Assembly (NCBI GenBank): GCA_965116885.1
Contig: OZ220741.1
Location: 5,056,001-5,120,000, forward strand
Origin: Candidatus Latescibacterota bacterium
GTDB taxonomy: Bacteria; Latescibacterota; UBA2968
Direction: 5' to 3'
DNA: 64,000 nucleotides
The translations under genes were made by a program, and so were the position numbers. Below are positions 28,479-39,283 of the stretch, piece by piece. How positions within the stretch are numbered: position 1 is the stretch's first letter; each line of letters begins with the position of its first letter. The notes beneath the pieces are model-generated. The model did no database searches. It worked only from the letters and a program-made list of their open reading frames with translations, and was not told the origin of the DNA.

Positions 28479-30002
28479 TCACCCCGGCGGCCAAACTGTT
28501 TTTTTCGTATATGCCTCTTTCAGATCGCGCCAATACCGCCTGCCCTTGTGAACCAGATTTGTCGGCGCAAACCGCTTGTTCAAACCCTTCTCGTGACTCG
28601 ACCGCCCCGTATCGGTTCGATATTGCAATGTGAACCGCATCAACTGTGCGAGCAAATCAAAACGCACATCTGCATATTCTGGATCGGCCCAAACATTCGC
28701 GATCTCACCCGGATCTTCGCGGTGATCGTACAACTCTCCCTCATCCAGGCTCCCGTAAAACACCAGCCGAAAATCGCGCGTGCGAATCGCCGACACCTTG
28801 CCCCCGGGATTGCCCCAATCCCACTCGCAAAATGCCGCGTCTTTGCCATCTGCCCTGCCATTCACAATGGGAACCAAATCGCGCCCATCGCGCCCATCGG
28901 GAATGGGAATATCGCAGAGACGACACAGTGTGGGATACCAATCGACCGATTCGACAATCGCATCACATGTCGCGCCCGATGGACCACCCGGATAGCGCAA
29001 GACAAAAGGAATGCGGTGAATAGAATCGTAAATTCCAAAATTCTTGTGAAACAACCCGTGGTCACCCGCAAAATCCCCGTGATCCGCGCAATACAACACC
29101 ACGGTATTCTCCAACTCTCCCACCTCGTCCAGATAATCCAGCACCCGCCCAATTTCGGAATCAATCGCCGTAATCAGCGCGTAATAACTCGCCAAACAAC
29201 GCTTCAAACGATCGGGATTTGGATCAGCCAGCGGATACCCACACCCATCGGCCAACCGCTCTTGCATAAACTCGGGCTTGCTCGCAAAGCGACGCTCAAA
29301 ATAATCAACCGCACTATCGGGCAACACCATCTCATCGGGATTGTACATATCAAAATGCTCTGCCGCAGGCGCGATCGGCGCATGGGGCCTTTGAAAACTC
29401 ATGTGCAGAAAGAAAGGCCGCTCATCGTCCCGCTCCTTCAAAAACGCCAGCGACTCATTGCCCGTATAATGCTCAATCGAATGCTGGTATGGCAGTTTGG
29501 CTGGCGCACTGCCATCCATTGTATATTCCTGCCCGGGTCTGGCCGAGCCTTCCTCGTAAAAATCCGACAACCCCAGATCTTCCAGATACTTAAAATAGTG
29601 CGTCTCGGTTGGATCCAAATGCGTCGCATCGCACAAATCCGTATATCGGATGCGCTCAAAACCATCTTCATCCCAGCGTCGAACCATGTGCGCCTTGCCA
29701 ATCACAGCCGTTTGATACCCGTATCTCCGAAACTGACACGCCAGCGTATTGGGATTCGCCTCGGGAATCTCCGAATGATCATTGCCAAACATCCGATGCG
29801 TATGGCAATACTGCCCGGTCATAAAACAGATCCGCGACGGCGAGCAAATCGGATTATTGCAAAAAGCGCGTGTAAACACCACCCCCTCATCCGCAATACG
29901 GTCCATATTTGGGGTCCTGACATTTGGATGCGCTGCAAATCCCGTGCAATTGGCATTGTGCTGATCCGACATCAGCCACAACACATTGGGTCTTCTCGCC
30001 AT
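28479..30002 (-). CDS. Formylglycine-dependent sulfatase
   Basis: PNVLWLMSDQH, CSPSRICFMTG, ADHGD, LYDHREDPGE; start MARRPN at 30002 with upstream AGGAG. Confidence 0.92.
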   Translation of the reverse strand: MARRPNVLWLMSDQHNANCTGFAAHPNVRTPNMDRIADEGVVFTRAFCNNPICSPSRICFMTGQYCHTHRMFGNDHSEIPEANPNTLACQFRRYGYQTAVIGKAHMVRRWDEDGFERIRYTDLCDATHLDPTETHYFKYLEDLGLSDFYEEGSARPGQEYTMDGSAPAKLPYQHSIEHYTGNESLAFLKERDDERPFFLHMSFQRPHAPIAPAAEHFDMYNPDEMVLPDSAVDYFERRFASKPEFMQERLADGCGYPLADPNPDRLKRCLASYYALITAIDSEIGRVLDYLDEVGELENTVVLYCADHGDFAGDHGLFHKNFGIYDSIHRIPFVLRYPGGPSGATCDAIVESVDWYPTLCRLCDIPIPDGRDGRDLVPIVNGRADGKDAAFCEWDWGNPGGKVSAIRTRDFRLVFYGSLDEGELYDHREDPGEIANVWADPEYADVRFDLLAQLMRFTLQYRTDTGRSSHEKGLNKRFAPTNLVHKGRRYWRDLKEAYTKKTVWPPG

Positions 30003-30105
30003 AAATTTCTCCTTTCGCAGTGTATGTGTTTGCAGACTATGAGATAAAGCATTAAATTGTCTCTGTTTAATGAAAATAAATTGATCTTTTGCAGAGGAAA
30101 ACACC

Positions 30106-31455
30106 ATGTTTTTTGACAACATCGCGCTCGGCGTACCCAAAATTTTGCTCCCAAATCCCGAAATCGATTGCAACAAATGGGCAGTCATTGCCTGTGACCA
30201 GTATGTACACGACATATCGTATTGGGAAGAAGTCAAAAGCATCGTAGGAGACACGCCATCAACCCTGGACCTCATCTATCCCGAAGTCTATCTCTACGAC
30301 GACGAACACGAAGAACGCATTGCCAGCGTACACAACAACATGAAACACTTTGTCACCGATGGCATTTTTCGCGACGAAACCGAAGGCTTTTTGCTCGTCA
30401 ATCGCGTTCTGCCTTCTGGAAAATCGCGCAAAGGACTCGTCGTAACCCTCGACCTCGAGCATTACGACAGCCGCAGCCAGTCCAAAACCCTCATCCGCAC
30501 AACCGAGGGCACCTATCCCAAAAATCTCGAAGCGCGTTTTGAAGTTCGGGGCAACGCCTCCCTCGAATCACCGCATATTTTAGTACTCATCGACGATCCC
30601 AAAAAAGAAATTATCGAACCCCTCTTTGACGAAAACCATCCCAAGATCGTCGATTTCGAACTCATGATGAATGGAGGACAACTCAAATATCACTTAATCG
30701 ACAACCAAAAAGACATTGCACGCATTGCCCAAAAACTCGCCAAACGCATTGAACCCGATTACATCCATCAGAAGTACGGCGTCGAAAACGAAACACTCCT
30801 CTACGCCATGGGCGATGGCAACCACTCATTTGCCGCCGCGCAAAAAGCGTGGGAAAAAACCAAATCAACACGCAATGATACACAACGCACAGCACAACAT
30901 CCGGCCAGACACGCCATGGTCGAACTGATCAATCTGCACGACGACGCGATAGATATAGAGCCAATCCACAGACTGATCACCCGCGTTGATCCAAAAACCA
31001 CCTGCAACACCCTCGTCACACTGCTCAACACATCGGGCACCCGGGCACGCCTGGAAAAAGTCTCATCCCCCGACGCGCAACATCGTCGCACCGCAGCCCT
31101 ATCATCTGCATCCACCCATTGCCTCCCCTATCGCGCCGCGGGAGACCTGGGCATACTTGTAATCGAAGAACCATCTCAAAGAACCATACCCGAAACAATG
31201 GAAGCCGCGCTCGACCTGTTCACGCGAGAAAACACCGAAGCCGAAGTCGGATTTATCCACGGCGAAGACGTAATCGACGACCTCGGCAACAAACCCGACG
31301 CCCTCGGTTTTTACATGCCTCCCATTTCAAAGGACAGCGTCTTCGAATCCATTGTCCGCTACGGCGCATATCCCCGCAAATCCATATCCATTGGACACGC
31401 AGACGAAAAGCGTTACTATATGGAATGTCGAAGCCTTGTCCGTACTAAACGATAA
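30106..31455 (+). CDS. DUF1015-family protein
   Basis: KWAVIACDQY, LIRTTEGT, YAMGDGNHS, YPRKSISIG, KRYYMECR. Confidence 0.82.
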   Translation: MFFDNIALGVPKILLPNPEIDCNKWAVIACDQYVHDISYWEEVKSIVGDTPSTLDLIYPEVYLYDDEHEERIASVHNNMKHFVTDGIFRDETEGFLLVNRVLPSGKSRKGLVVTLDLEHYDSRSQSKTLIRTTEGTYPKNLEARFEVRGNASLESPHILVLIDDPKKEIIEPLFDENHPKIVDFELMMNGGQLKYHLIDNQKDIARIAQKLAKRIEPDYIHQKYGVENETLLYAMGDGNHSFAAAQKAWEKTKSTRNDTQRTAQHPARHAMVELINLHDDAIDIEPIHRLITRVDPKTTCNTLVTLLNTSGTRARLEKVSSPDAQHRRTAALSSASTHCLPYRAAGDLGILVIEEPSQRTIPETMEAALDLFTRENTEAEVGFIHGEDVIDDLGNKPDALGFYMPPISKDSVFESIVRYGAYPRKSISIGHADEKRYYMECRSLVRTKR

Positions 31456-31495
31456 TATATGATGATTTCAATAGCAATTCAGATGTGGGAGATAT

Positions 31496-32737
31496 ATGAC
31501 TGAGCTATACGACATGATCATTGTTGGCGCGGGGCCAGCAGGCGCAACAGCGGCGTTATACGCCCATCGCGCGGGCCTCAATGTCTGTCTGGTAGATAAG
31601 GCGAGATTCCCTCGGGATAAAATCTGTGGCGATGCGCTATCGGGCAAAGTCGTGTCGATTTTGCACGAACTCGACTTGTTCGACCAGATCGCGCGATTGC
31701 CTGGCGCGACCATTCGAGAAGTCGTATTTGGCAGCCCGAATCACGTGGATGCGCGCGTGGATCTGCGACGGTATGACCACCGGGATCAGGCCACGGGCAA
31801 AATACTGCCAATGGAAGGATTTGTGATCCGGCGCGAGGTACTGGATAATTTTCTCTTCCAAGAAGCGAAAAAAGTTGCGAACACCTGTTATGAGGGCTTT
31901 ACCGTTAAAGACCTGATACGAGAAAACGATCAAATTGTGGGCGTGCGCGGCGTGGTGGATGGCCGAGAACGCGAAATACGGAGCCGCGTCGTGCTCGGCT
32001 GCGATGGTTTTAATTCAATGGTCGCGCGCAAAGCGGGATTATACGCCCATGAATCCGTGCATTGGGTCGTAGCAATTCGGCGTTATTACGAAAATGTGGC
32101 GGGTCTGGGAGATCAAATTGAGTTGCATTTTGTGGATGAAGTCTTGCCGGGCTATTTCTGGATTTTCCCACTGGAAAATGGGACAGCAAATGTGGGGATT
32201 GGCATGCGTCACGATGTATTGAAAAAGCGGCGTGTGGATCTGAAAGTAGCACTGAATGAAGTAATCAACCGCTCGCCTTATGCCCATCGGTTCAAAAATG
32301 CGCGTCCAACAGAAGACCCGGTGGGATGGAATCTGCCAGTGGGAAGTACCCGTCGAAAAAGTTATGGAAATGGCGTATTGCTTCTGGGCGATGCCGCGGG
32401 ATTGATCGACCCCTTTACGGGCGAGGGAATTGGCAATGCCCTGTATTCCGCGCGTTTCGCCGTTAATGCCGTGCAGGAAGCCATTGCCGCAGACAATTAT
32501 TCAGCGGCTTTTTTGAAGCGATATGAAGACCGATTATGGGATGCAATAGGCGATGAATTGGCAACAAGCACGCGAATGCAAAAATTGGGACAATGGCGTC
32601 CCCTCCTCAATTTTACCATCAACAAAGCCGCCCACAACGACAAAGTCCGAGACCTAATCTGCGGCATGATGGCCAATGCCGTCCCCAAAAAACAACTCAC
32701 CAATCCCCTGTTTTATTTGAAGCTATTGTTTAGTTGA
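31496..32737 (+). CDS. Geranylgeranyl reductase-family FAD oxidoreductase
   Basis: GAGPAG, FPRDKICGD, GYFWIFP, GDAAGLIDPFTGEGI. Confidence 0.9.
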   Translation: MTELYDMIIVGAGPAGATAALYAHRAGLNVCLVDKARFPRDKICGDALSGKVVSILHELDLFDQIARLPGATIREVVFGSPNHVDARVDLRRYDHRDQATGKILPMEGFVIRREVLDNFLFQEAKKVANTCYEGFTVKDLIRENDQIVGVRGVVDGREREIRSRVVLGCDGFNSMVARKAGLYAHESVHWVVAIRRYYENVAGLGDQIELHFVDEVLPGYFWIFPLENGTANVGIGMRHDVLKKRRVDLKVALNEVINRSPYAHRFKNARPTEDPVGWNLPVGSTRRKSYGNGVLLLGDAAGLIDPFTGEGIGNALYSARFAVNAVQEAIAADNYSAAFLKRYEDRLWDAIGDELATSTRMQKLGQWRPLLNFTINKAAHNDKVRDLICGMMANAVPKKQLTNPLFYLKLLFS

Positions 32738-32747
32738 ACAAGCTGAC

Positions 32748-34253
32748 CTAACCAAACGCCTTTTGCAAATACCCCAAATCGAGTTCGGGATAAACCGGAA
32801 ACCGCGCGAGGAGATTGGCGATCCTCTGTTGGGCGTCTTCGAGCACACCGTCCTGGACTCTGTATTGGACCTTGCTAAACTGGCCCGCACTTCTGCCTTT
32901 CGTGAACCTCAATGGCCGCGCATGGGTCAGCACATTGCCCATGACCGCGCCGATCTCCTGCATCTCTTCCGTCCCCATACCAAGCGTCGTAAGCGCCGGT
33001 GTCCCCACCCTGAGACCACTGGTGTACCATGGACCATTGGGATCAAAGGGAATGGTATTTTTATTCAGCGTAATCCCGGCATCGCGGAGCAGGGTTTCGG
33101 CCTGGCGCCCCGTGAGATTAAAAGGCGTAACATCAATCTGCAACAAATGATTGTCAGTCCCCCCAGTAAGAACTGTAAGCCCCGCATCCATACACGCCTG
33201 TGCGAGCACCCGGGCATTATCGACAATACTGGCGGCATAAGCCCGAAATTCGGGCGTACTCGCCTCCTCAAACGCGACAGCTTTGGCCGCCATCACATGA
33301 GGCAGTGGACCGCCGAGCACCATTGGGCAGCCCTTATCGACCTGTTCTGCAAATTCTTCCGTACACAAAACCATACCTCCTCTGGGACCGCGCAGGGTTT
33401 TGTGTGTGGTCGTTGTAACGACATGGGCATGGGCAACAGGATCAAAATCGCCCGCGAAAACTTTGCCAGCAACCAGCCCGGCAAAATGCGCCATATCCAC
33501 CATAAAAACAGCCCCCACTTCATCGGCAATCTCCCGGAAAATGCGGAAGTTAATTTTGCGCGGATAAGCACTATAACCCGATAGAAGAATCAAAGGTTTA
33601 ACCGCTCTGGCTTGATCGCGGACTTCATCGTAGTCAATCAGACCAGATTCCTTATTCACCGTGTATGCATGCGCCTCAAACATACGCCCGGACACATTGA
33701 TGCGATAGCCATGCGTGAGATGTCCCCCGGATGAAAGATCCAGCCCCAGAAGCCTTTGATTGCCCAATTGCGTGCGAAGCGCATCCCATGCTTTAGTCGA
33801 AAGATCAAATGGCGATTTTTTCCCCATTTTTTCGAGTGCAACATCTTGAACGCGCCCCGAAAGAATCGCCCAAAAAGCGACCATATTGGCATCTGCACCC
33901 GAATGGGGTTGAACATAAGCGTGATCCGCACCAAAGAGATCGCACGCCAGTTTTGCAGCCTGGCTTTCGATCGCATCTACATTGTCGCAACCGGCGTAAA
34001 ATCGGTGATCGGGAATCCCCTCGGCGTATTTGTCAGTAAGCAAATTGCCCATAGCCAGTTGCGTGGGCAAAGAACAATAATTTTCGCTCGCAATCATCTT
34101 GAGATTCGAACGCTGGTCGGCCAACTCGCCCACAATATTTTTTGCCACATCGGGCGATACGGAAGCGACTTGCTCCAGCGCAGCCAAATAGGCGATAAAT
34201 CCGGGATTTGGAGTGGAATTTTGAGACAGATAGTTGGCAAGGGTGCTGGACAT
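32748..34253 (-). CDS. glyA: Serine hydroxymethyltransferase (long type)
   Basis: [43 protein letters not shown]. Confidence 0.97.
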   Translation of the reverse strand: MSSTLANYLSQNSTPNPGFIAYLAALEQVASVSPDVAKNIVGELADQRSNLKMIASENYCSLPTQLAMGNLLTDKYAEGIPDHRFYAGCDNVDAIESQAAKLACDLFGADHAYVQPHSGADANMVAFWAILSGRVQDVALEKMGKKSPFDLSTKAWDALRTQLGNQRLLGLDLSSGGHLTHGYRINVSGRMFEAHAYTVNKESGLIDYDEVRDQARAVKPLILLSGYSAYPRKINFRIFREIADEVGAVFMVDMAHFAGLVAGKVFAGDFDPVAHAHVVTTTTHKTLRGPRGGMVLCTEEFAEQVDKGCPMVLGGPLPHVMAAKAVAFEEASTPEFRAYAASIVDNARVLAQACMDAGLTVLTGGTDNHLLQIDVTPFNLTGRQAETLLRDAGITLNKNTIPFDPNGPWYTSGLRVGTPALTTLGMGTEEMQEIGAVMGNVLTHARPLRFTKGRSAGQFSKVQYRVQDGVLEDAQQRIANLLARFPVYPELDLGYLQKAFG

Positions 34254-34282
34254 GGATGTTCTCCTCGTATTTGGCCCGATAC

Positions 34283-34322
34283 AAAAATAGCCCGGGCTGT
34301 GTGGATTTTCATAAGCCCAGGC
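34283..34322 (-). terminator. Intrinsic terminator forming the riboswitch expression platform
   Basis: Minus strand GCCTGGGCT...AGCCCGGGC stem followed by TATTTTT; left arm overlaps the aptamer 3' stem. Confidence 0.7.
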
Positions 34323-34396
34323 GATCGGCTATCGGATAAAGAGCACTGCGCTTCCCCGTGGTCGATTCCACGTTCATTCGCCAGTCACGCAGACCC
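34315..34396 (-). ncRNA. ZMP/ZTP (pfl) riboswitch
   Basis: Minus strand GGGTCTGCGTGACTGGCGAA...GTGG...CCACGGGGAAGCGCAG...GCCGATCGCCTGGGC upstream of glyA. Confidence 0.9.
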
Positions 34397-34408
34397 TTGT
34401 CAAAAATC

Positions 34409-34436
34409 AATATACAGAATTGCAGACCAAAGTCAA
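34409..34436 (-). promoter_or_regulatory. Putative sigma70 promoter of the riboswitch-glyA transcript
   Basis: TTGACT-16 bp-TATATT directly upstream of the aptamer. Confidence 0.55.
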
Positions 34437-34443
34437 CGGTTTG

Positions 34444-35871
34444 TTAGGGCGTAAAAAAACGCCAGCCCCACAGAATAAGGGGATATCCCGCAACAAAAAT
34501 GACACGCGCAATAACACCCTCTATTGACGTATCGTGGAGATGAGGTGATAAAACGACAAAAACCACCGCCCCCGCAATACATATTTTCCCCAAACGCCCG
34601 TACTCGTAGGGAACCGGATAAAACCGACGCACGATGAGATAAAGCAAAACCGCCATTAAAACATGCGCGATAAGCGTACTATAAGCAGCGGCAATAAATC
34701 CAATTTTGGGCAAAAGAAAAATATTGATAGCGATATTCACACACGCCCCCGTCCCCACAATAAACGGCAGAGATCCCGCGCGACCTTCGGCATATACACC
34801 CGCGGTGAGAATGATATAAAGACCGTGAAAGAAAAATGCCAGCCCCACCAGGGGCACAACCCGTATGCCTTCGAGATAAGTCTGTGCATTGTCACCGGCA
34901 ATCAGAACGATTATTTCGCGTGCAAAAGTGGCTAAAATTAGACAGCCAAAAATGCCGAATAATGTGAAATACGTGGTGACACGCGCACACATCTGACGCG
35001 TGTCATCCTCTGTATTTTCATCATCGGTTTCATCGAGCACAGCAGGTGCCCAGGCCGAGCGAAACGCTTTAACCACAAAAAAGATGGGCAGGCCGAGTTT
35101 ATACGTAATACCGTAAATACCCAGATCGTCGAGATCGAGAAAAAATCGGATCAGAAAGCGGTCAGACAGACTGATCATGAGGAAGGAAAAAGCTGAAGGT
35201 ACAAAGGGCAGGCCAAAACGCAGAAGCTCGCGCAACGCGCGCATATCAAAAGTTGGACGAATTAAGCGCAGTCCAATGGGAAACATGACAATAAGTGCAA
35301 AGAGAGAACTGATGAGATTGGCTTCAAAAACCGCGATTGGCCCACGTCCGAGACCTGCGATAAAATAAGCGGTGAGACCGAGTTGTAGCGTGTGTTGAAT
35401 CACCCGCACAATCGCATAGTGAAAAGACCGCTGTCGGGCGCGACAAAGCGTGAAAAGGGGTTCTGACAGCGCGTCCAAAAGGACAACGGCGGCAATAAGT
35501 TCGAAGATCGCACTGTAATCCGAACTGCCCAAAAGATGATGCGCGAGACTCTCCGCATTGATCCAGACCAGACTCGACAGAATAACACCTGTGGCAAACA
35601 GTGCCAAAAATGCAGAGCTAAATGCTGCGCGATATTTGCCGAGATCGGCCTTGCCAGATAAGAGGCGGACCAGCGCGGGATTGAGACCGAGAGAATAAAA
35701 AACCGCGCTAAATCCGATAAATGCAAATGCCAGGGACAAAATGCCATTATCAGCAGGTGTGAGATGTCTGGCATAGATGGGTACGAGCAAAATGGACACA
35801 GCGCGACCGAGCAGATCGCCCATGCCATAGACCGCCGTGTGTCGTGCGAGGGATTTAATTCGAGAGAACAT
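34444..35871 (-). CDS. Wzx/MOP-type oligosaccharide flippase
   Basis: LARHTAVYG, LLVPIYARHLTP, LLRFGLP, SDRFLI, LGIY; many TM helices. Confidence 0.88.
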   Translation of the reverse strand: MFSRIKSLARHTAVYGMGDLLGRAVSILLVPIYARHLTPADNGILSLAFAFIGFSAVFYSLGLNPALVRLLSGKADLGKYRAAFSSAFLALFATGVILSSLVWINAESLAHHLLGSSDYSAIFELIAAVVLLDALSEPLFTLCRARQRSFHYAIVRVIQHTLQLGLTAYFIAGLGRGPIAVFEANLISSLFALIVMFPIGLRLIRPTFDMRALRELLRFGLPFVPSAFSFLMISLSDRFLIRFFLDLDDLGIYGITYKLGLPIFFVVKAFRSAWAPAVLDETDDENTEDDTRQMCARVTTYFTLFGIFGCLILATFAREIIVLIAGDNAQTYLEGIRVVPLVGLAFFFHGLYIILTAGVYAEGRAGSLPFIVGTGACVNIAINIFLLPKIGFIAAAYSTLIAHVLMAVLLYLIVRRFYPVPYEYGRLGKICIAGAVVFVVLSPHLHDTSIEGVIARVIFVAGYPLILWGWRFFTP

Positions 35872-35881
35872 AATTCACCGC

Positions 35882-38326
35882 TCAAAGCATCGACATCGGA
35901 TCGACATTGATCGCCAGGGTGACACCACGAGACCGGCGTTTGTTGGGAGCAAATTGCGAGGCGGCACTGCGGGCGGCGGCATTGAGATGACTGTGCGAAT
36001 CGGACTTGAGCAAAACCTGCCAGCGGTAAGTGCCCTGGATGCGTGCGAGAGGAGCCTGTACAGGTCCCAGAATTTCGACATCGGGGGGTGTTTGTCCGCG
36101 CAAATTCTGCGCGATTATGCCAGCCGCACGCGCGACTTCGTGTTCATCTTTGCCCTTAAAAAGCAAAAGCACCACGCGCCCAAAGGGCGGGTAACCGAGG
36201 CTCTGACGCGCATTGAGTTCGCGTTGTGCAAAAGTTTCAAAATCGTGACCCTGCGCGCATTGCACGGCTTCGCCATCGGGCATATAAGTTTGAATAACGA
36301 CCTCCCCCGGAATCTCGCCCCGCCCGGCGCGTCCACTGACCTGAGTCAACAATTGGAATGTGCGTTCGCTGGCGCGAAAATCCGGCAGATGGATACTCGT
36401 ATCCGCAGAAATAACACCGACGAGTGTCACGCCGGGAAAATCGAGTCCCTTGGCGATCATCTGCGTACCGAGCAAAATATCGGCTTCACCTCGAGAAAAG
36501 CGATCGAGGATGCGGTCATGCGCGCCCTTGCGGCTCGTGGTATCCACATCCATTCGCAAAACGCGCACCCCGGGAAATTGCGCTTCGAGGGTCTCTTCAA
36601 CGCGCTGCGTCCCCACACCGAGAAAATGAAAATTGCTGCTGTGACACGACGGACACGTCGAGGGCGATGGCTCAATATAACCGCAATAATGGCATAGCAT
36701 CAGGCGTCGGGTCGCGTGATAGGTCAGAGTAACCTGGCAGTGATCACACTGGAAACTTTCTCCACAGTCAGCGCATTGAACCGCAGGCGCGTACCCGCGC
36801 CGGTTTTGAAGCAAAATGGTGCGTTGACCCTTTTCAATGCGTTCGCGCATCTTTTCCCGAAGCGGACGAGAAAATAAGCTGCCACCTTCGTGTCGCATAT
36901 CCACGAGTGTGACAGTAGGCAATGGGCGATTATCGATGCGCTCTGGCAATATGAGTTCGTTGAATTTTTCCGTCTGTGCATTGTGATGCGACTCGAGAGA
37001 AGGGGTTGCCGATCCCAGTACAATGGGCAAATTTTGCAGATGGGCGCGCATCACAGCCACATCCCGCGCATTGTAGCGAGGTGCGGGATCGTCTTGTTTG
37101 TACGAACCATCGTGTTCTTCGTCGATGATGATAAGACCCAGATTTTCCACAGGTGCAAAAATAGCTGAGCGCGCACCAATAACAACGGCGCGTTTCCCTT
37201 TGCGAACCTCGCGCCAGGCATCGTAGCGTTCCCCAGGGGACAATGCACTGTGCAAAACTGCGACGCGATCGCCAAAATGGGTGCGAAAACGGCGGACGGT
37301 CTGCGGCGTCAGAGTGATTTCCGGCACCAGAACAATCGCGCCTTTTCCCGATGCGAGTGCGTGTGCAACCGCCCGAATATAAACCAGCGTTTTGCCGCTA
37401 CCCGTCACCCCGCGCAAAAGGTGAACCCGAAAGACATTTTCATCAATGCTTTGGCCAATCGCCTGGATACCCCGCGCTTGATGGGGCGTAAGCGTTACAT
37501 CCTCTGGCTGAGGAAGATCGGCATCGGCATAAGGGTCACGCACCACTTCGCGGTCCATAAAACAGATCAAATTGCGCTTGGCCATTTCTCTCAGTACACC
37601 CGACGAAATCCCTTCTGCGGACAGTTGTGCGGTCAACAGAGGGCGATTTGCCGAACGCAGAAGACGAATACATTGCGCCTGACGGGGAGCGCGTTTTTCC
37701 AGTGTGGGCAATTCCAGATCAAACCAGCGCGGATCATTGGGCACAAGTGCCACTGCGCGCTGGGTTTTTGTTTTTACTTTTGGTGCTGACATCTTTTGAA
37801 ACGCGACCAGAACGCCCCGCCTCAAAAGGCCGTATATCGCGGGCTGTACGCCCTGTTTGCCCAATCGGTTTTGAAGTTGACGCATCGATGCCGAACCGAG
37901 TTCGCCCAATGCAGTGACGACCTCGCGCTGGCGTGGGGAAAGCAGGCGACTGATCGCGTCGTCAAAGTTTTTTTCAAGGGCAAAATGCTGCCCACTATCC
38001 AGGTGAATACCCGATGGAAGAGCCGCAGAAAGCACTTCCGAGAGACTGCATAGATAATACCAGGCCATCCACTTGCACAATTCGAGCATCGGCGGTATTA
38101 CAAGCGGGTAGGAATCGAGGATTTGGGCAATGGTCTTGACGCGATTGGAGGGCAGATCACACGTTTCGCAAAAGCCGACGACAATACCCGTAACCCAGCG
38201 TTCTCCAAAAGGAACGAGAACGCGGTAGCCCGTTTGCAGATCGTTCTGGAGATCGTCGGGAATGCGGTAGGTAAATGTATCGAGGGACGTGCCCAGAGGA
38301 ACGATGTGTGCAAAGGGATGCGCCAT
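35882..38326 (-). CDS. priA: Primosomal protein N'
   Basis: GVTGSGKT, DEEHD, SATPSLES, NRRGY, two Zn-binding Cys clusters, QVSGRAGR. Confidence 0.97.
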   Translation of the reverse strand: MAHPFAHIVPLGTSLDTFTYRIPDDLQNDLQTGYRVLVPFGERWVTGIVVGFCETCDLPSNRVKTIAQILDSYPLVIPPMLELCKWMAWYYLCSLSEVLSAALPSGIHLDSGQHFALEKNFDDAISRLLSPRQREVVTALGELGSASMRQLQNRLGKQGVQPAIYGLLRRGVLVAFQKMSAPKVKTKTQRAVALVPNDPRWFDLELPTLEKRAPRQAQCIRLLRSANRPLLTAQLSAEGISSGVLREMAKRNLICFMDREVVRDPYADADLPQPEDVTLTPHQARGIQAIGQSIDENVFRVHLLRGVTGSGKTLVYIRAVAHALASGKGAIVLVPEITLTPQTVRRFRTHFGDRVAVLHSALSPGERYDAWREVRKGKRAVVIGARSAIFAPVENLGLIIIDEEHDGSYKQDDPAPRYNARDVAVMRAHLQNLPIVLGSATPSLESHHNAQTEKFNELILPERIDNRPLPTVTLVDMRHEGGSLFSRPLREKMRERIEKGQRTILLQNRRGYAPAVQCADCGESFQCDHCQVTLTYHATRRLMLCHYCGYIEPSPSTCPSCHSSNFHFLGVGTQRVEETLEAQFPGVRVLRMDVDTTSRKGAHDRILDRFSRGEADILLGTQMIAKGLDFPGVTLVGVISADTSIHLPDFRASERTFQLLTQVSGRAGRGEIPGEVVIQTYMPDGEAVQCAQGHDFETFAQRELNARQSLGYPPFGRVVLLLFKGKDEHEVARAAGIIAQNLRGQTPPDVEILGPVQAPLARIQGTYRWQVLLKSDSHSHLNAAARSAASQFAPNKRRSRGVTLAINVDPMSML

Positions 38327-38335
38327 AGAAACAAA

Positions 38336-39283
38336 CTATCGGCCGATCTGCGGGCCATCGTCGAGTTCTTCGACTTTGATAAGAGTGCGGGAAATGGTCA
38401 AGCGAAGGTCGCGATCGGGTGGGCTGGCAAATTCGAGAGGCTGGTTCTGCAGTGAAAGCGAAATTGAGCCAGCACGCTGTATCTCCACTTGAAAGTGGTC
38501 ATGGGCCAGCCAGCGTTGCTCCATGCCGGGTGAAAGCACACCAGCAAAAACCCCGCGACCATCGGCAGTAATGGATAAATGCACGGTTTCACTTGCAACG
38601 CCAGAAAGAGTCATGATTTCCTCCGCGGCAATGACGCTGGGAATAGGCAAATTATATGTGGATAGCACAGCGAGTGCTGGTTGGGAAGTTGGCGTCTCCT
38701 CCACAATATCCGATGGCGTCACCTGATTTTCCGATAGAGGTTGAGATGGCATAACAGACTCCGTGCTATCTCGTAGTTGCATCTCTTGCACGAATTTCTC
38801 ACTGTCCTTCTCTTCTTCGGAAATATTTATTTGTTCGGGTAAGATAACCGATTCCGTACTATCTGGTATTGGAAGTCGTGATGTGGTTGTATCAAGCGGC
38901 GCTGTGAGCGGTGTTTCTTCACGCGAGTTGAGAATGATGATCACCACTGCAATCACCGCGAATGCGAGCAATGAAATAAATATTGCGCTGCGGTTTATCC
39001 CGCGTTCTGGAGAGGACGGCACTGGGGGCCGCTCACGCGGTAGCGCAACACTTCTGTCAAAGCGAAACAGGATATCCTGAACGTCGAGGTTGAGTTCTTG
39101 GGCATATGTCTTGAGAAACAAACGCGCGTAAGCTACGGGCAATAAATTGAATTGTCCCGCTTCGAGCACTTTGATAAACTCGGGATTAATCCGCGTGTGT
39201 TCATAAATATCACCGATACTCAAACCCAAATTTTCGCGCTGCGTTTTGAGTAATTCACCAATGTCTTGTTTTTTATCTGTCAT
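38336..39283 (-). CDS. rodZ: RodZ-like HTH/TM/DUF4115 protein
   Basis: IGELLKTQRE HTH, YARLFLKTYA, single TM, C-terminal beta domain. Confidence 0.8.
   Translation of the reverse strand: MTDKKQDIGELLKTQRENLGLSIGDIYEHTRINPEFIKVLEAGQFNLLPVAYARLFLKTYAQELNLDVQDILFRFDRSVALPRERPPVPSSPERGINRSAIFISLLAFAVIAVVIIILNSREETPLTAPLDTTTSRLPIPDSTESVILPEQINISEEEKDSEKFVQEMQLRDSTESVMPSQPLSENQVTPSDIVEETPTSQPALAVLSTYNLPIPSVIAAEEIMTLSGVASETVHLSITADGRGVFAGVLSPGMEQRWLAHDHFQVEIQRAGSISLSLQNQPLEFASPPDRDLRLTISRTLIKVEELDDGPQIGR

Noticed and set aside
28467..30047. 526-aa plus-strand ORF
   Set aside because: Antisense shadow of the minus-strand sulfatase; no recognisable motifs.
31496..32737. Geranylgeranyl reductase-family gene as part of the sterol system or as squalene epoxidase
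   Set aside because: Lies about 8 kb outside the repeat-bounded island with host-like composition and GGR-family motifs.
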